From: Eledone cirrhosa
Taxonomy: Eukaryota
NCBI GenBank assembly: GCA_964016885.1
Contig: OZ024742.1
Location: 39,308,001-39,372,000 of the forward strand
Direction of reading: 5' to 3'
DNA: 64,000 nt
Below the pieces are notes generated by a model. The model saw only the letters and a list, made by a program, of their open reading frames with translations, did not search any database and had not been told where the DNA came from. The position numbers and the translations under genes were made by a program. Positions 14,923-30,225 of the stretch are shown one piece after another. The first letter of the stretch is position 1, and each line of letters starts with the position of its first letter.

Positions 14923-14960
14923 CGTACATATATAACAGCCCGGATGTTTGAACACACAAG

Positions 14961-15052
14961 ACATATCTGAAGAACCATCGAATACAGAGTCGGGTTCGAT
15001 CTGTAAAAGATCCTGCCTCGAGCTGATCGATGGAGAAACATATGCAATATGT
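14961..15052 (+). ncRNA. type I hammerhead ribozyme with extended stem II (family Y)
   Basis: acatat-CTGAAGA-a-ccatcga...tcgatgg-a-GAAAC-atat-GCA-atatgt. The cleavage triplet is GCA here but GTA in the other copies. Confidence 0.7.
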
Positions 15053-15198
15053 TAATAAATTATGGTTTGATGCATTACTGCTTTCTCGTTCTTTATAATA
15101 TTATACTCTGCTCTGCACGCGCATCGAGTGCTCAACCGGCATACCGCCTACGGACGCATTTATCTGCAACCCTACAACAACTATATATATAATTCAGG

Positions 15199-15245
<47 letters not shown>

Positions 15246-15494
15246 ATGAAATCGAAAATGCAACTGGAGTCTTATTTAAAAAAAAATATATATATTTATT
15301 TGGTTCCTTTACCGGTTTCGCAGTTCTTCTGCTTTTCAAAAGTAGAGTTGAGATGGAGGGTCTGTGGTTTTTCTCACATTCTATACAAGACCACACAACA
15401 ACAGGGGAAATACCATTAGATATAATAATACCATTGAAAAAACATTCCAGAAAAATTATTTTTTTGACCAAGGCTACAGGATCCACGACACCCA

Positions 15495-17767
15495 GTGGTA
15501 CAAACCGAATTTGAAAAACCGAAAATAATCAACCTTTCAAATACAAACCTCTCAGCCCAACAAGAAAAAATTCTCTCCAAAGGACTGAAATTCACACCAA
15601 CACCACAATACTATAACCCCAATGAGATAAATGACGATATCTCACACTTCTGTAGAAAATTACGTCTCACAGAGGAATTCTTTGACAAGGAGAATAACGA
15701 CGAATCAATTGTACGGAATAAAAGCAGCTACAACCCAACAAAAGGTAGAAACAGAGTTCTGGACAAATTTTGTGACCACATAGCTACTTTCCCATACCAT
15801 GAACTACCGCAACCTAAACCCAAACCCAACACGAGTCGAAGGGAATGGGAGATTATCCATGAACTAAAAAACAATACGAACATTATAATTAAGGAAGCAG
15901 ACAAGGGAAGTACTGTTGTCATTATGGAGGCTGAAAAATATAAAAATTCTATGTTCTCTCTCTTACAAAATACTAATTACTATGAAAGAGTAAAAAACTA
16001 CCAGCAATCAAAAACAATGACCAGATTAAACACACTGATTTATCGATACCAGGAAGACCTAACTAAAAAGGAACGCGATTATTTAACACATTTTGAATAC
16101 AAAACCAGCAACCTTTACGGACTTCCGAAGATCCACAAGTGTAAAATAATTAACGATGCCTGTAAACAATCCACTTCAGCCTGCGTGAACACACAATACC
16201 CCACAGACCTTAAATTACGACCAATTGTAGCGGGCCCACAATGTGAAACACACAGACTGAGCAACTTTATAGACATACTACTAAAACCAATTCTCAAACA
16301 CATACCAAGCCTTGTCAGAGACGATCTGGACCTCTTAAACCACCTCCCCAAACATGTCAACAACGACACTATTATTGTGTCTTTCGATGTAGTGAATCTC
16401 TACACAACGATCCCTTACCAATACGGACTAGAAGCAATAGGATTCTGGCTAGAGAAATATCCCAATGAGATACCTGGCAGAATAGAAAAAAGCTTCATCA
16501 CCGCGGGATTAAAATTCATCTTACAGAACAACTTTTTTGATTTCGATGGCAGTACTTACAGGCAAATATTGGGGACTGCGATGGGTACAAAAGCCGCTCC
16601 AACTTATGCCAACTTAGTCATGGCATACTTAGACGTCCAGATATATGAACAGTCCAAATCAAAATACGGATTTAACTTCCACAAATATTTATGAGAGAAT
16701 TGGAAACGCTACTTGGATGATTGTCTCATTCTTTGGTCCCACACCCTCGACCAACTGAAGGATTTCAAAAACTTAATAAACGGCATCAATAACCACATCC
16801 AATTCACAATGGAATACAGCCAAGATCAACTCCCATTTCTGGACATCTTAATCTTAAAAAAAGACACAAATATTGAAACTGACATACACTACAAACCAAC
16901 AGATTCCGAACAATACCTGCTATTCACCTCCAACCATCCAAAGAACACGAAGACGAACATTCCTTTTAACCTAGCAAGAAGAATTTGCACAATTGTCTCC
17001 AATTATGAAACGCGAAATAAAAGACTTCAAGAATTAAAGGAAATTCTACTGGAAAGACAGTACCCACCATTACTAATAAATAATGGAATAGAAAGGGCTA
17101 AAGCAATAGGCATTGATGAATTACGAAAACAGAAACAAATTCAAGGTACGTCCAATATTTTATCATATATCCCAACACACAACCCAAGAAATGCGGAAGC
17201 TTACAACACTATTCACAAGAACATCCCACTACTAAAACAAAACCCAAGAATGAAAAAAAAGCCCTTGAAACACACAAAATAATCAAAAGCAAAAGACAAC
17301 CGAAATCACTGAAAACATTACTCACCAATGCCAAATTACCTACCACAAACCTACAACCAACTGTCAAAAAATGTGGTCGCTCTAATTGTGGAACCTGCAC
17401 TCACCTCATTGAAGGCAACACGTATACATTTAAATCAGGACAAAATTTAGCTGTAAAAAATCACTTCACTTGCTTATCAAAAAATCTAATTTATGCCATT
17501 AAATGTAAAGGATGCAATGAAGATTATATAGGACAAACTAAACTCACACTCAGAAACAAAATGACAGTTCATCGCCAACAATTACGAGATCCAACCACGA
17601 GACAGATACCACTAAGCGCATATCTATACATATGCGCAAGTAATAAGACACCCAAATTCCAAGTCTTCCCATTTTATCTTTGCGCTAACAATACAACAGA
17701 ACAAATACGAATAAATGAGGAAAATATGTTTATTCAAAAATATAGACCAGCATTAAATATGGTTTAA
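15495..17767 (+). pseudogene. PLE RT / Zn-linker / GIY-YIG polyprotein with an in-frame TGA (16692) and a poly-A frameshift (~17255)
   Basis: IINLS..LSKGLKFTPTP, IKEADKG, YGLPKIHK, RPIV, FDVVNLYTTIP, GTAMGT, RYLDD, FLDI, KCGRSNCGTC, NLIYAIKC..YIGQT. Confidence 0.93.
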
Positions 17768-17968
17768 TATACATTATGTCAACACCATAACATGCTAACC
17801 ATCCAAACAGACACATACACACACACATAACACCTGCTACTTTAGAAAATAAAAACCCGAACTAAATAAACCTTAACATACGTTTGCGCTGACAATACAA
17901 CAGAACAAATACGAATAAGTAAGGAAAATATGTTCATTCAAAAATATTCCTACTAAAGGAATCATTTT

Positions 17969-18032
<64 letters not shown>

Positions 18033-18246
18033 ATATATATATATATATTCTCTTCATCTTAACATGTTAACCATACTCCCACACACATAACACCCATACA
18101 CACACATAACAACGCCCACCCCCACACACACAACTCCCTCCCCCATTTCTACTAATAGAATCACTTTCCTACACACATATATACACACACACAAAATATA
18201 TATATTCTCTCCATCTTAACATACTCCCACACACACACATAACACC

Positions 18247-18282
<36 letters not shown>

Positions 18283-18802
18283 AGCACACAAATAAACATA
18301 CATATCTTTACTTTCTTTATTCAATAGAAAATCTGAATTCTGACACCCCAGCTAACTAACCATATTCACTGAACCAGAACAATTCTCCCATCCAATTTCT
18401 CTTGACCATTATCTTTTGCTTGTCATAAAATCCTCTAAAAAAGCTACAGAATAGATTTCCAAATAAGGGCGCGAAAATTTAATGAAAACTTGTTCACGTG
18501 ACAGCCATAATTTCATTTATAACCAATCAAATTACGTTTATTAAAAAAAAAGCCTTCGTGAGCCTCTTTTTTTTAAGTAAAAAGAAATTCAAACACTCAT
18601 ATATGAAAAAACAACCTGTGCCCTCCCCTTGTTTGAAGAACTTTGTAACGCGAACTGGCGCGAAATTTATTATAATTATTGACCAACCAATCAAATTATT
18701 TCTCTAAAAACCTGGCATTTCGAGCCACTTTTTTCCATACAAAACAAGTATCATTCAGAGACCAACCAGATGTGAGAAAAACCACAGACCCTCCTTCTCA
18801 AC

Positions 18803-18843
18803 TCTACTTTTGAAAAGCAGAAGAACTGCGAAACCGGTAAAGG
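18803..18843 (+). ncRNA. hammerhead ribozyme with variant U3-A8 core
   Basis: ctt-TTGAAAA-gcag-aagaa-ctgc-GAAA-ccgg-TA-aagg. The same core recurs at 15296-15345(-), 53251-53288(+), 53623-53661(-), 27040-27080(-) and 28070-28110(+). Confidence 0.7.
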
Positions 18844-18979
18844 AACCAAATAAATATATATATATTTTTTTAAATATGACTCCAGTTGCATTTTCGATTT
18901 CATATTTTTTTCTTTATACTTTCACTCGTGTAGGACACCTCGGTTATTTTTCATTTTGTAAAAAAAACCTCACTTTCTA

Positions 18980-19067
<88 letters not shown>

Positions 19068-19070
<3 letters not shown>

Positions 19071-19258
19071 AAAATGTATCACCCCGACGGCAGAGCTCAA
19101 GCCATTTCGACGGCTATTTCTAGTCCAGAAATAGCCGTCGAAATGGCTTGAGCTCTACCGTCGGGGTCATACATTCACCTATTACCCACTCTACTACCTT
19201 AAGTATTGAGTACTCTGGTGCGTTATGGTCCATCTGGTTCCTTACCACAACTCATTCG

Positions 19259-19312
<54 letters not shown>

Positions 19313-19493
19313 CGAAGGAAGTGTGTTAAGGAACCAGGTGGACCATAACGCACCAGAGTACTCAATACTTAAGGTAGTAGAGTGGGTAATAGAAAAACGT
19401 TCGGCTATTTATTACCAGGCTCAAAATCTAATTTAATCCAGAAATAGCCGTCGAAATGGCTTGAGCTCTGCCGTCGAGGGTCTTGAACATTTT

Positions 19494-19496
<3 letters not shown>
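19068..19496. mobile_element. two family X mini-elements, tail-to-tail around (AT)n
   Basis: 19068-19260 (+, with ~55 bp fold-back) and 19311-19496 (inverted). Both carry the HHR 3' half GAAA-tggc-ttgagctc-gcc-GTC. Confidence 0.8.
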
Positions 19497-19529
<33 letters not shown>

Positions 19530-19530
<1 letters not shown>

Positions 19531-20563
19531 TAAATGGCCCGGCCGGCTAGGTATACCGGCATTTTATCTTTTCAGGACCCCCCCCCCCCTCTACACGCTC
19601 TCTCAAGTCGGGGGGGGGGGGGGGGTAACGTATCTGATGTTGGGTTTGAATAGTTTTTAGGATTCCCCAGTTCAACAGCCAGTACGTTAAAGAAAATTGA
19701 TAGTTACAACAATAAAGGCTGAACAGAGAACAAATTCTTTAACAAACAATAATTTGTACAACCATAATGGAAATTCTAAGTAACAGAAAATATTTAAATT
19801 ACATTGTTAGAGCCTCAGAGTATACAATATTTTTTGTTCGGTCCTCCGGAGCAAAGATGAAGAGATTGTTTGGCGGGCTCACCCTGGAGCATCCTACATA
19901 CAATTGACCGTGGGAGAATCACTCATCTCGTAGCTCGTCTCGCGGAGAAGTTCTGTAGACATTGACCTCTGGACACTCCTGTCAGGAGCAGGTAAGCTGT
20001 AGTGACTTAGAGGCCTACCACCAATCTCCAGGACACTGTTTTCAAGACAAATGAGCGCCTCATTGAAAACGACATCGTATGTTACGTTCAGATTGTGTCT
20101 GTATGTGCGGTGGGGGATGTCCTCAGCTATACTTTCGCGGTGGTTGTTCCACATTGCGAGAGAGTCGGCGAGATTGCAGTTGTGCAGCATAATAGCAAAA
20201 AGTTTTCGCAGCTGAGAAGGGACTTTAGCAGTTGCTGCTTCTAGCAGGGTGAGGTGCCAATGGCTGTCATCGTGTAACATATCACGCATCTGGCAAGCCA
20301 AACGGTAAGTGGAACATTGATGGCCAATGATGGTTCTCAGATCTTGGAAAGACGTATAACCGGAAGTGTTGACATTTGAAATTTTAAAGAAGTGAATATT
20401 TAAATAATGTCTTTAATCTTTTAACAAAATTCAGTAGACAAAAATACCCTCACTTTTTTACTTTGAAAAAGTTACATCTATGGTGCAAATTTGGTGCTGT
20501 TTGGTCCAGCCGTTTGGCGGAAAGTTTGTTACCTACATACGACCGTCAGCTTTATAGTATAGA
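19530..20563 (-). mobile_element. internally deleted Helitron
   Basis: 5' end TCTATACTATAAA; 3' GC-rich hairpin followed by TTAG (CTAG variant); inserted between A and T. Rep-Hel linker ACQMRDMLHDDSHW..LLEAA..QLRKLFAIML..C is fused to the Pif1-like C-terminus SHGQLYVGCSRV...KNIVYSEAL* (19800-19917). Confidence 0.9.
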
Positions 20564-20914
20564 TATATATATATTGTGTGTGCATTTTCAGTATAATATG
20601 GGTTGAGTCCAAGCCTCAAGAACGTTGTCTCATATAATACTGTATGCGCCATGCGCCATGTGCACAGTTGCGTGTGTGTGTGTGTGTGTGTGTGGATGTG
20701 TGGGTATTCATCAAGTATATGCTCTTTTTTTAGACGTATGGGCATGCCCATGTGCATGCCCATGCGCGGGCACATGTATGCATGTGTGTGCACGCATACA
20801 CGCATACAGGCATGTGTATGCATGTCCGGGTGTATCTAATTGTATGAACATGTCTGTGTAGGTGTATGCATATCTATGTGTAGATTCTCAATTTTCTCAT
20901 CTGTATATGTGCGC

Positions 20915-21045
20915 AGTGTCTTAAGTATATATGATTCACTGAGTGAAGTGTCTTAAGTATATATGATTCACCGAGTGAAGTGTCTTAAGTATATATGATT
21001 CACTGAGTGAAGTGTCTTAAGTATATATGATTCACTGAGTACAGT
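20915..21045. repeat. 32 bp minisatellite, 4 copies
   Basis: Unit agtgtcttaagtatatatgattcactgagtga. Confidence 0.9.
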
Positions 21046-21439
21046 GTGTGTGTGTGGACATGCGTATACTTACCAAAAAATACCTTTGAAATAACTTTTT
21101 TGAAGGTCTCTTCCAAGCATCCTTTTAAAGACGTTCTTTTCATAAGGTTTTCTTTTTGAATGTAGGTTTTTTAAGGTATTCTGAGGGTGTGTTTTTATGA
21201 AACGCCTTTTAAAATGTTTTAAATGTTTTTTAAAATGTTTTTTAAATGTTTTTTTAAATGACTTTTCTTTCTAAGTATTCGCTACACATTTAATATTTAA
21301 TATTTACTGTGATTGTCGCAGATAAGACAGTTGCGGGTTTGTATCTGATTGATGTGGGTGTATAAGTGCCCATACCTAACATGCCTGCGCGATACATGGA
21401 CATGGGTGAGGGAGCCTCCAGGCGGGCAGGGCTGCGACA

Positions 21440-21903
21440 AGAGGCGACCGGTTCAATCATACAACCCCTTAACCCCTACAGTAGTAATTCCGATATAAGA
21501 AACAACTTTGATTGACAGGTGGCAATTGAAAGGAACCAAATATACGACGGTCGTGAGTGGCCAAAAATACCGATGACGTGTACAATTCTTGACCACTCAT
21601 AGAATGAAAACAACAGGATCTAAGCTGCCGAATGAAGGCCACGGGTGTAACTGGACATTTGGAAACTGGTTCGTAGAATCGAGACATATCTGTGGATCTT
21701 GCGATTTCAGAGTCAGGTTTGATCATTGCATCGATCGTGCCTCCAGCTGGTCGCCAGAGAAACGATTGTAATATGTCTAATAAATTTTATTCGTCGCACT
21801 ACTGATTCTCCGTTTCTTATGTGATATTATATTCTGCTCTGTAAGAGCATCGAGTGCTCAAACGGCCTACCGCATACGGACACTTTAAGCATCCCACACC
21901 AAT
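21440..21903 (+). mobile_element. family Y PLE-like 3' end with a degenerate HHR (21683-21777)
   Basis: Reverse-complement homology to 8447-8860. gacatat-CTGTGGA...GAAAC-gatt-GTA-atatgtc. Confidence 0.7.
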
Positions 21904-21908
21904 TATAC

Positions 21909-21942
<34 letters not shown>

Positions 21943-22202
21943 GCTTATGGTATTCCTTCCAACTCATGGCACCCTCTGAATTCAAATCCTGCGGTGGTCA
22001 ACTTTGCCTTTCATCCTTTCGAGGTTGATAAAAATAAGTACCAATTCAGTATTGAGGTCGATTCTTCCTCAATAGAAAAAAAATCGGGTGCGTTCTTCAG
22101 ACATGGAGTGGGTTGGGCTCCACCATGCTTAAAAGTGACTTAGACATGCCGTATGACAGTGCCTCTAAGACTCCACAAGGAGTTATGGAATCTTTATCCT
22201 TA

Positions 22203-22326
<124 letters not shown>

Positions 22327-22327
22327 T

Positions 22328-22360
<33 letters not shown>

Positions 22361-22361
22361 T

Positions 22362-22482
<121 letters not shown>

Positions 22483-23137
22483 TTGTGTATGCTAGCTGAC
22501 GTGGAAAGATAGATGCTCTCATTCGTTTGTCCCACATGCTTCGTTTCTGTCCTAATGCAACTTTCTTTATTATTTCTCTAACGCTACCCTTTCCTTCATT
22601 GATTAACTACCTGTTTACTTTCTCTCTCTCCCTCCCCCTCTCCCTCTCTCTCACTCACCCCCTCTGTCTGTTTTTTTTTCTCTCCTCCCCTTGTCTCTCA
22701 TCCTCTTGCTGACGTATGCTCCGCTACTAAACATCAACTTCTGGCCCTTCTTTCCTTCACTACTTTCAATGAGACAATGTTTTGACAAAAATCTATCTAT
22801 ATTTCACTCCTTCTTCCGCTACATTTTTCAAAACCATCCTGTACCGTTTTCTCTCCTGTTTCTAACTGTAAGATTTTCAATAATTATTTGACTAACTCCT
22901 CGTTTTGATGTCCTAGTTGAATGACACTCTATTGTTTTCTTCTGTTTTTATGTCATTGTGTTGTTCCATATGTATCAAGTCATCATGCGACTCAGTCCCA
23001 ATAGAATGCAATACGACCTTTATGCCCGAAATTACTTTTTTCATTGGATGGCTGATGAGGAAGTTTGAGACTTTTGGCAGTTGTTCGTCTTACGTGTTTC
23101 ATTTTCTTCCGTCTGATACGTTGCTCCCCTCTCTCTC

Positions 23138-23173
<36 letters not shown>

Positions 23174-23177
23174 CGCA

Positions 23178-23262
<85 letters not shown>

Positions 23263-23284
23263 TTATATATATATATATATATAA

Positions 23285-23380
<96 letters not shown>

Positions 23381-23718
23381 CATTTGCTTTCACATATCAA
23401 GTAATATATATCAACAATTACAGTTTGTTAACACTTTAAAATCATTCTGATGAAATCTTTCTTTACATTGTGTAAACTAAATATAAGATTTATTCGAAAT
23501 GTCGTTGGTTTTGAGGGCATTTGTCTAAGGGGTTAGAGTGTTCAGTTCAGGCTCGTGAATTCAATTCCCGGTTGCGTATTTTGTCCTTGAGTCAGGCATT
23601 TTATTTCTCGTTGCTCCTGTCCACTTACCAGAGAATATGTATATCAAACAATCACAAGGAAATGTTTAACTGGCGGTCTTATAAGGCCTTGTAAAGGTAG
23701 TAGTAGTCATGAAAAGAG

Positions 23719-23870
23719 GGGCGGCGAATTAGCAGAGTCGTTAAAACATCGGATAGAATTCTTTGCGGTATTAGTTCCAGCGCTTTGCACTGTGAGTTCA
23801 AATCCCGCTGAGGTTAACTTTGCCTGTCATCCTTTCGAGGCCGACAAAAAAGTACCAGTCCAATACTGGT
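23719..23870 (+). mobile_element. SINE family A
   Basis: GAGTTCAAATCCCGCTGAGGTTAACTTTGCCTGTCATCCTTTCGAGG. Confidence 0.7.
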
Positions 23871-25399
23871 GTCGTTTCTTACTCTATATCTCTTTTTCAC
23901 TTTTCTCTATCACTCTCTGCCTCTGTCTCTGTTCAGACCTGGAGAAAGGATGGGCTCCATCAGGTCTTAAAAATCTCCAAGAAACGCAGTATTACATTAT
24001 GCCCCTCCCCTCCCCCGCGATTCGAGCAAGAGTTATGAGCTTATACATACAAATACGAAAGGACTTTAGTGCCTATATTGGTAGTTAATTTTAATATACT
24101 CGTATATTTAATTGTGTACTCAGCAGTCGGAGTGTACGTTAAACATATATCGGTACATATACAGTACAGGGTTTAAACGAGACTCATGTAAACACAGATA
24201 TTGTTCGCCTCTTCTAATTCAGTTTTATTGAAACAAAACACATTAGATGTTTAAAATAAACAATGTTGTGTTACAATACACATTTTCTGTTTGTTCTCTA
24301 AATTCTGTTAATGGTTATTTGTTGGTTTGGTAACATAAATAGTTTGAACTGTAATTAATAGAGAGGTTGAGGCGAAATGAATCCGACAAAGAATTAGATT
24401 AAGGGTAGGGAGCGGAGTTCATTGTGGTTGATATTATTTCTAGTGTGTAGAGAATATGAAAAGAATGAAGCGAAACAGAAAATAGTTTAGGTTACGTGAT
24501 TTAGAGATAAACAATAAGGTTTGGGATATACAATAAGAAAATTGTTGTTAATTCATATATTCAAAACGTGATTTTATGTTCGTAAGATTGTGACCCAAAC
24601 AAATTATAGTGTTCAACAATACATAGAGTTGATAGATTTATTTATTAGAGTCAAAGGTTTAGGTAAGTCAATACTTTAAAGTTGTGCCGAGAACAGGCTT
24701 TCTTTAATGAAAATTGGGAAAGGAAAAGTGCCGATCGTATCATGGAAACAATGATTCCATTGGTCTTTTCATTGCTGATACTATCAGCCGGTCGTAACTC
24801 TTGACAGAAGGAGCAACGTAAAATAATTTTGTTTAAAAGCACAACGCACAACCAGTCCAGGAAACTAAACCTCTGCCTTGTGATCGTGATGCCAATACCC
24901 TAACTACTAAGCCAGGCTTCATCTTTAAAACAAAGTTCAAAAGGAAACGCTATCAGATACAATGGTGATGTGGTTACGAGAGGGCCTGAGTTGAACCAGA
25001 CGGTCTTCAATTCACTGCTATATTATGTCAGCGAATGCAGGCATGACTGAGTGGCTACAAAGTTTCGCTTCATAATCATGAGGTCATGGGTTTGATCCTA
25101 CTGTTTGTCATATATGAAAAGTGCCCTTTACTATAGCCTCGAGTCGACCCATCCCTGTCTGGAAGTCTGTCGGGTACACTGTACTTGTAATTCAAATGGA
25201 CAGCCTTGTTATACATTGCATCACACTGGATAGGTCTGAGGATTATGTAACGCTTACTCACATAATTAGATCAAAAGATACAAATTCATAATGCAATGAG
25301 ATGAATGTACACAACACATGCGTACGTATATAGATACATAAGTACGTACATACACGCATACATACACGCATACATACATAAACACACACACACACACAC

Positions 25400-25545
25400 A
25401 CATCTTCATGGTCTGGACGTAGATGTTTTCTAGAAACATCTTGACACTCTGCCATCCAGAATCCCAGATGTACCCACAGCACGGAATAAAGGTAACCTAA
25501 AGGCAGCAGCAACGAACTCCCCTCCTACATCAATTACCAGCCAAC
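25400..25545 (+). mobile_element. 3' fragment of a CR1-like LINE ORF2
   Basis: Translates to HGLDVDVF*KHLDTLPSRIPDVPT...KAAATNS, resembling the FK..LD.FL..VPD.P...RAA..NSL C-terminus of invertebrate CR1-group elements. Confidence 0.5.
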
Positions 25546-25791
25546 GCAGGCCGGATATAGAAAGTGATTCTCGCCAGGGTTCACTTAACCTTTCTCCTTT
25601 GCTACGGGCTGTTGCACCTATGGAGAAAGTATAAGTGAACACTGGTGAGAACTCCAGGTTTAAGAGTCAGACTAATTACTACACAGTATATTTATTATTT
25701 TAAATGTTTACCTGTGCGTTTAGTATTCCATAATTCCCGACTATATTTGAAGTTGTTTACGTTTTTGAATAGGAGATGTTTGCACAGAGAG

Positions 25792-26124
25792 AGACCCCTT
25801 CGGTCACGAATGATCATGGGATTTGCACCTAGAAAGTTTTCCTCCCAGGCACAAGTCCAGGCAAGGTTGTTTGTGGAAGACCAGCAGTCGCCTATGTATA
25901 CCAGCCTCCCCTCTCCATGCCACCGATGTTATCCAAGGGAAAGGCAATGGCCGATACAGCTTGACACCAGTGACGTCGCAGCTCATTTCTACAGCTGAGT
26001 AAACTGGAGCAATGTGAAATAAAGTGCGTTGCTCAAGAACACAACGCATCACCCAGTCCGAGAATCGAACTCACAACCTTTCGATTGCAATTCCAATGCT
26101 CTAACCACTAAGCCATGCGCTCTC
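25792..26124 (-). mobile_element. tRNA-derived SINE, family B, full length
   Basis: Head GCGCATGGCTTAGTGGTTAGAG (A box), GAGTTCGATTC (B box), GTGTTCTTGAGCAA core. Second copy at 45175-45497. Confidence 0.85.
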
Positions 26125-26259
26125 ACTTGTTTGCATATGCGATTGGTAAATAATATAAATATCTTTTGTATTGTTTAATTATTCTGAGGAATTTTGTAGA
26201 GAGGAATAAAATGATACTTTCTGCTGTATTTGAAAGAAACGTTTGTAAATCTATTAAAT

Positions 26260-26580
26260 AATTGTTTCTACTTTTGGCACAAGGCCAGCAATTACCTAGT
26301 ACATTACTTGTACTTTATTTTATCGACCCTGAAAGGATGAAAGGCAAAATTAACCTCGGCGGGGTAAATCTATTAAATAATGTAATTAAAAACTGGTTTG
26401 GCAATATCGGTAGAGGGTCGGACACCATGTTTTGACGCATAGAGTTACGGCCCTTGCCATTCTGAGTTCAAATCCCGCCGACGTTAACTTTGCCTTTCAT
26501 CCTTACGGGATCCATAAAAAAAAGTACCAGTAATACACTGAGATAATTGCTGGCCTTGTGCCAAAAGTAGAAACAATTAT
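26260..26580. mobile_element. two SINE family A copies head-to-head (26260-26365 minus, 26397-26580 plus)
   Basis: The central GCCTTTCATCC domain is present in both orientations. Confidence 0.75.
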
Positions 26581-26638
26581 ATATATATATATATATATCG
26601 AGCCCTCTTTGGATTTTAGTCTTCAAATTTATTATTAT

Positions 26639-26678
<40 letters not shown>

Positions 26679-26681
<3 letters not shown>

Positions 26682-26833
26682 CAAGTAAGACCCCGACGGC
26701 TGAGCTCAAGCCGTCGAAACGGCTTGAGCTCAGCCGTCGGGGTCTTACTTGTTCCTATTACCTACTCTACTACCCTAAGTATTAAGTACTTTGGTGCGTT
26801 ATGGTCCACCTGGTTCCTTACCACATTTCCTTC

Positions 26834-26836
<3 letters not shown>
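26679..26836 (+). mobile_element. family X mini-element with fold-back centred at the HHR GAAA
   Basis: gaacaagtaagaccccgacggctgagctcaagccg-tcgaaa-cggcttgagctcagccgtcggggtcttacttgttc. Confidence 0.8.
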
Positions 26837-28498
<1,662 letters not shown>

Positions 28499-28727
28499 TC
28501 GATATAATCCACTATTGAAACGAAAATTGGGTGTGAAACATTTACTCGCATAAATTTCAACAAACCTCAGCATGAGGTACATTCAGTTGTATTCTGAAAA
28601 CTTTTCTTTTAGCTTGCCATCTCAGTTTACAAGATAGTGGAAACGAACCAGATTCAAACAATGATGACCTTGATAATTTTACTTCTATATATATATATAT
28701 ATAAAATATATTATATATATATATAAA

Positions 28728-28830
<103 letters not shown>

Positions 28831-29547
28831 AGAATTAGCCTTTGAAACGGCTTGAGCTCAGCCGTCGGGGTCCTACTCGTTCCTATATATATATATGATG
28901 AATGGTTGCTAAAAACACACATATATATATGTCTATAGCTCTGTCTAGTTTATATGTATATAAACTTTTAAATTTTATATACTCCCGTAAGGTTGAGTAA
29001 AACTTTAGGCAGTATTCGGCTGCGCTTTCTAGCAACCAGCCTACTCGCCGACAGGCACCAATCACAAGCTTTCTGACTTGACCACTGGTCACGTGACAAT
29101 TCTTAGCCATTTTGAATTCGTTTCTGGCGGGGATTATTTAAGAAAAATCTTTGTCCAATTGAGTTTATCTCCTGATGATTTCCAAACTCGTTGATTTATC
29201 CAAGATCGGATATATCCAAAAAGTGAATGAAAACCCCGAGGGTAGAGATAGATTTTGATGATTTTGGTATTTTTATGTACATTTTTTCTTCTAACTTTCA
29301 TTTTGTACCTAATTATGTATGGTTAACTATATATCTAGTCAATTTCTACAGGTTATCAGAAATACTGGGTAAATTTTCTGTGGCTGTGAATTGCGGATAA
29401 AAAGCTATCATTTATTTATCTATTGTTTCTTCATAGGTATATTTTATACTTATAACCTCGTTTAAATGATTTTTTGTGTGGTTGATTATGGTGATTGGGA
29501 GAAAAAAATACTGTATATATATTTCATCTAATGATTCGATGGACTTA

Positions 29548-29584
<37 letters not shown>

Positions 29585-30000
29585 GTGGAGAAGTATATAA
29601 AGGAGAACAAACCGTTAAAACGTTTATTTAAATAACAGATTAAAGTTTAAGCAAAGAATCGCTGCTTTCACCCTTTATATATAAAATATGTAATGTATAT
29701 AATATATATTTATATATATATATCATAAAACATGTCTACAGAATGACCAGATAAAATATATACAATTTCCTCTCCCAATTAGCATAATTAACCATATAGA
29801 AAATCAATTAGACCAAGCTATAAGAATAAAGGCTTCTATGAAGAAATCTCCGACAAATAACCGAAAGCAGCCCTTCGCGTCAGTTGCGACGGAATATTTA
29901 TCGAGTATTTCGGCAGCGTGTATGAATCGCCCAGATATACAGTCAATTAAACAGAATTAGGTGTAAAATAAACTAGGAGAAAAGTGAACATATTTAGTTA

Positions 30001-30076
30001 CCTCTACCATGGTTTCGTCCGCATTTTAAGATATCCAATAGCATTGGACACCTAGAGCACCGGACTCTTCAGGAAG
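30001..30076 (-). ncRNA. type I hammerhead ribozyme with extended stem II
   Basis: Reverse complement reads cttc-CTGAAGA-gtccg...cggac-GAAAC-catg-GTA-gagg. Palindromic stem III ACCATGGT. Confidence 0.8.
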
Positions 30077-30225
30077 TTAGCTGAAATTTAGACAATAAGT
30101 TTTCCAAAGTGATCGCGCCAAGAATACATTCAAAAATGGCTAAGAATCGTGACGTAGCAGCGGTCGGGTTAGAAAGGACGTGAATAGTTGCTTACGGCTG
30201 GTGGCTTTTTGCTAGAAAGCGCAGC

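Larger units (their letters stand above)
15241..18978 (+). mobile_element. Neptune-type Penelope-like retroelement, 5'-truncated, with an inverted 5' pLTR (15241-15380)
   Basis: RT plus GIY-YIG ORF at 15495-17767. 15241-15380 is the reverse complement of ~18770-18905. Both ends lie in (TA)n. Confidence 0.95.

Noticed and set aside
16692-16694. In-frame TGA in the Neptune RT as possible selenocysteine or readthrough
   Set aside because: It is not at a conserved Cys position, the same copy has a frameshift, and no SECIS was recognised. A simple nonsense mutation is more likely.
20915-21045. CRISPR-like 32 bp repeats
   Set aside because: Head-to-tail with no spacers, in a eukaryotic context with no cas genes.
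26050-26124. tRNA gene
   Set aside because: It is the tRNA-derived head of a SINE, lacks a full cloverleaf and continues into the SINE body.
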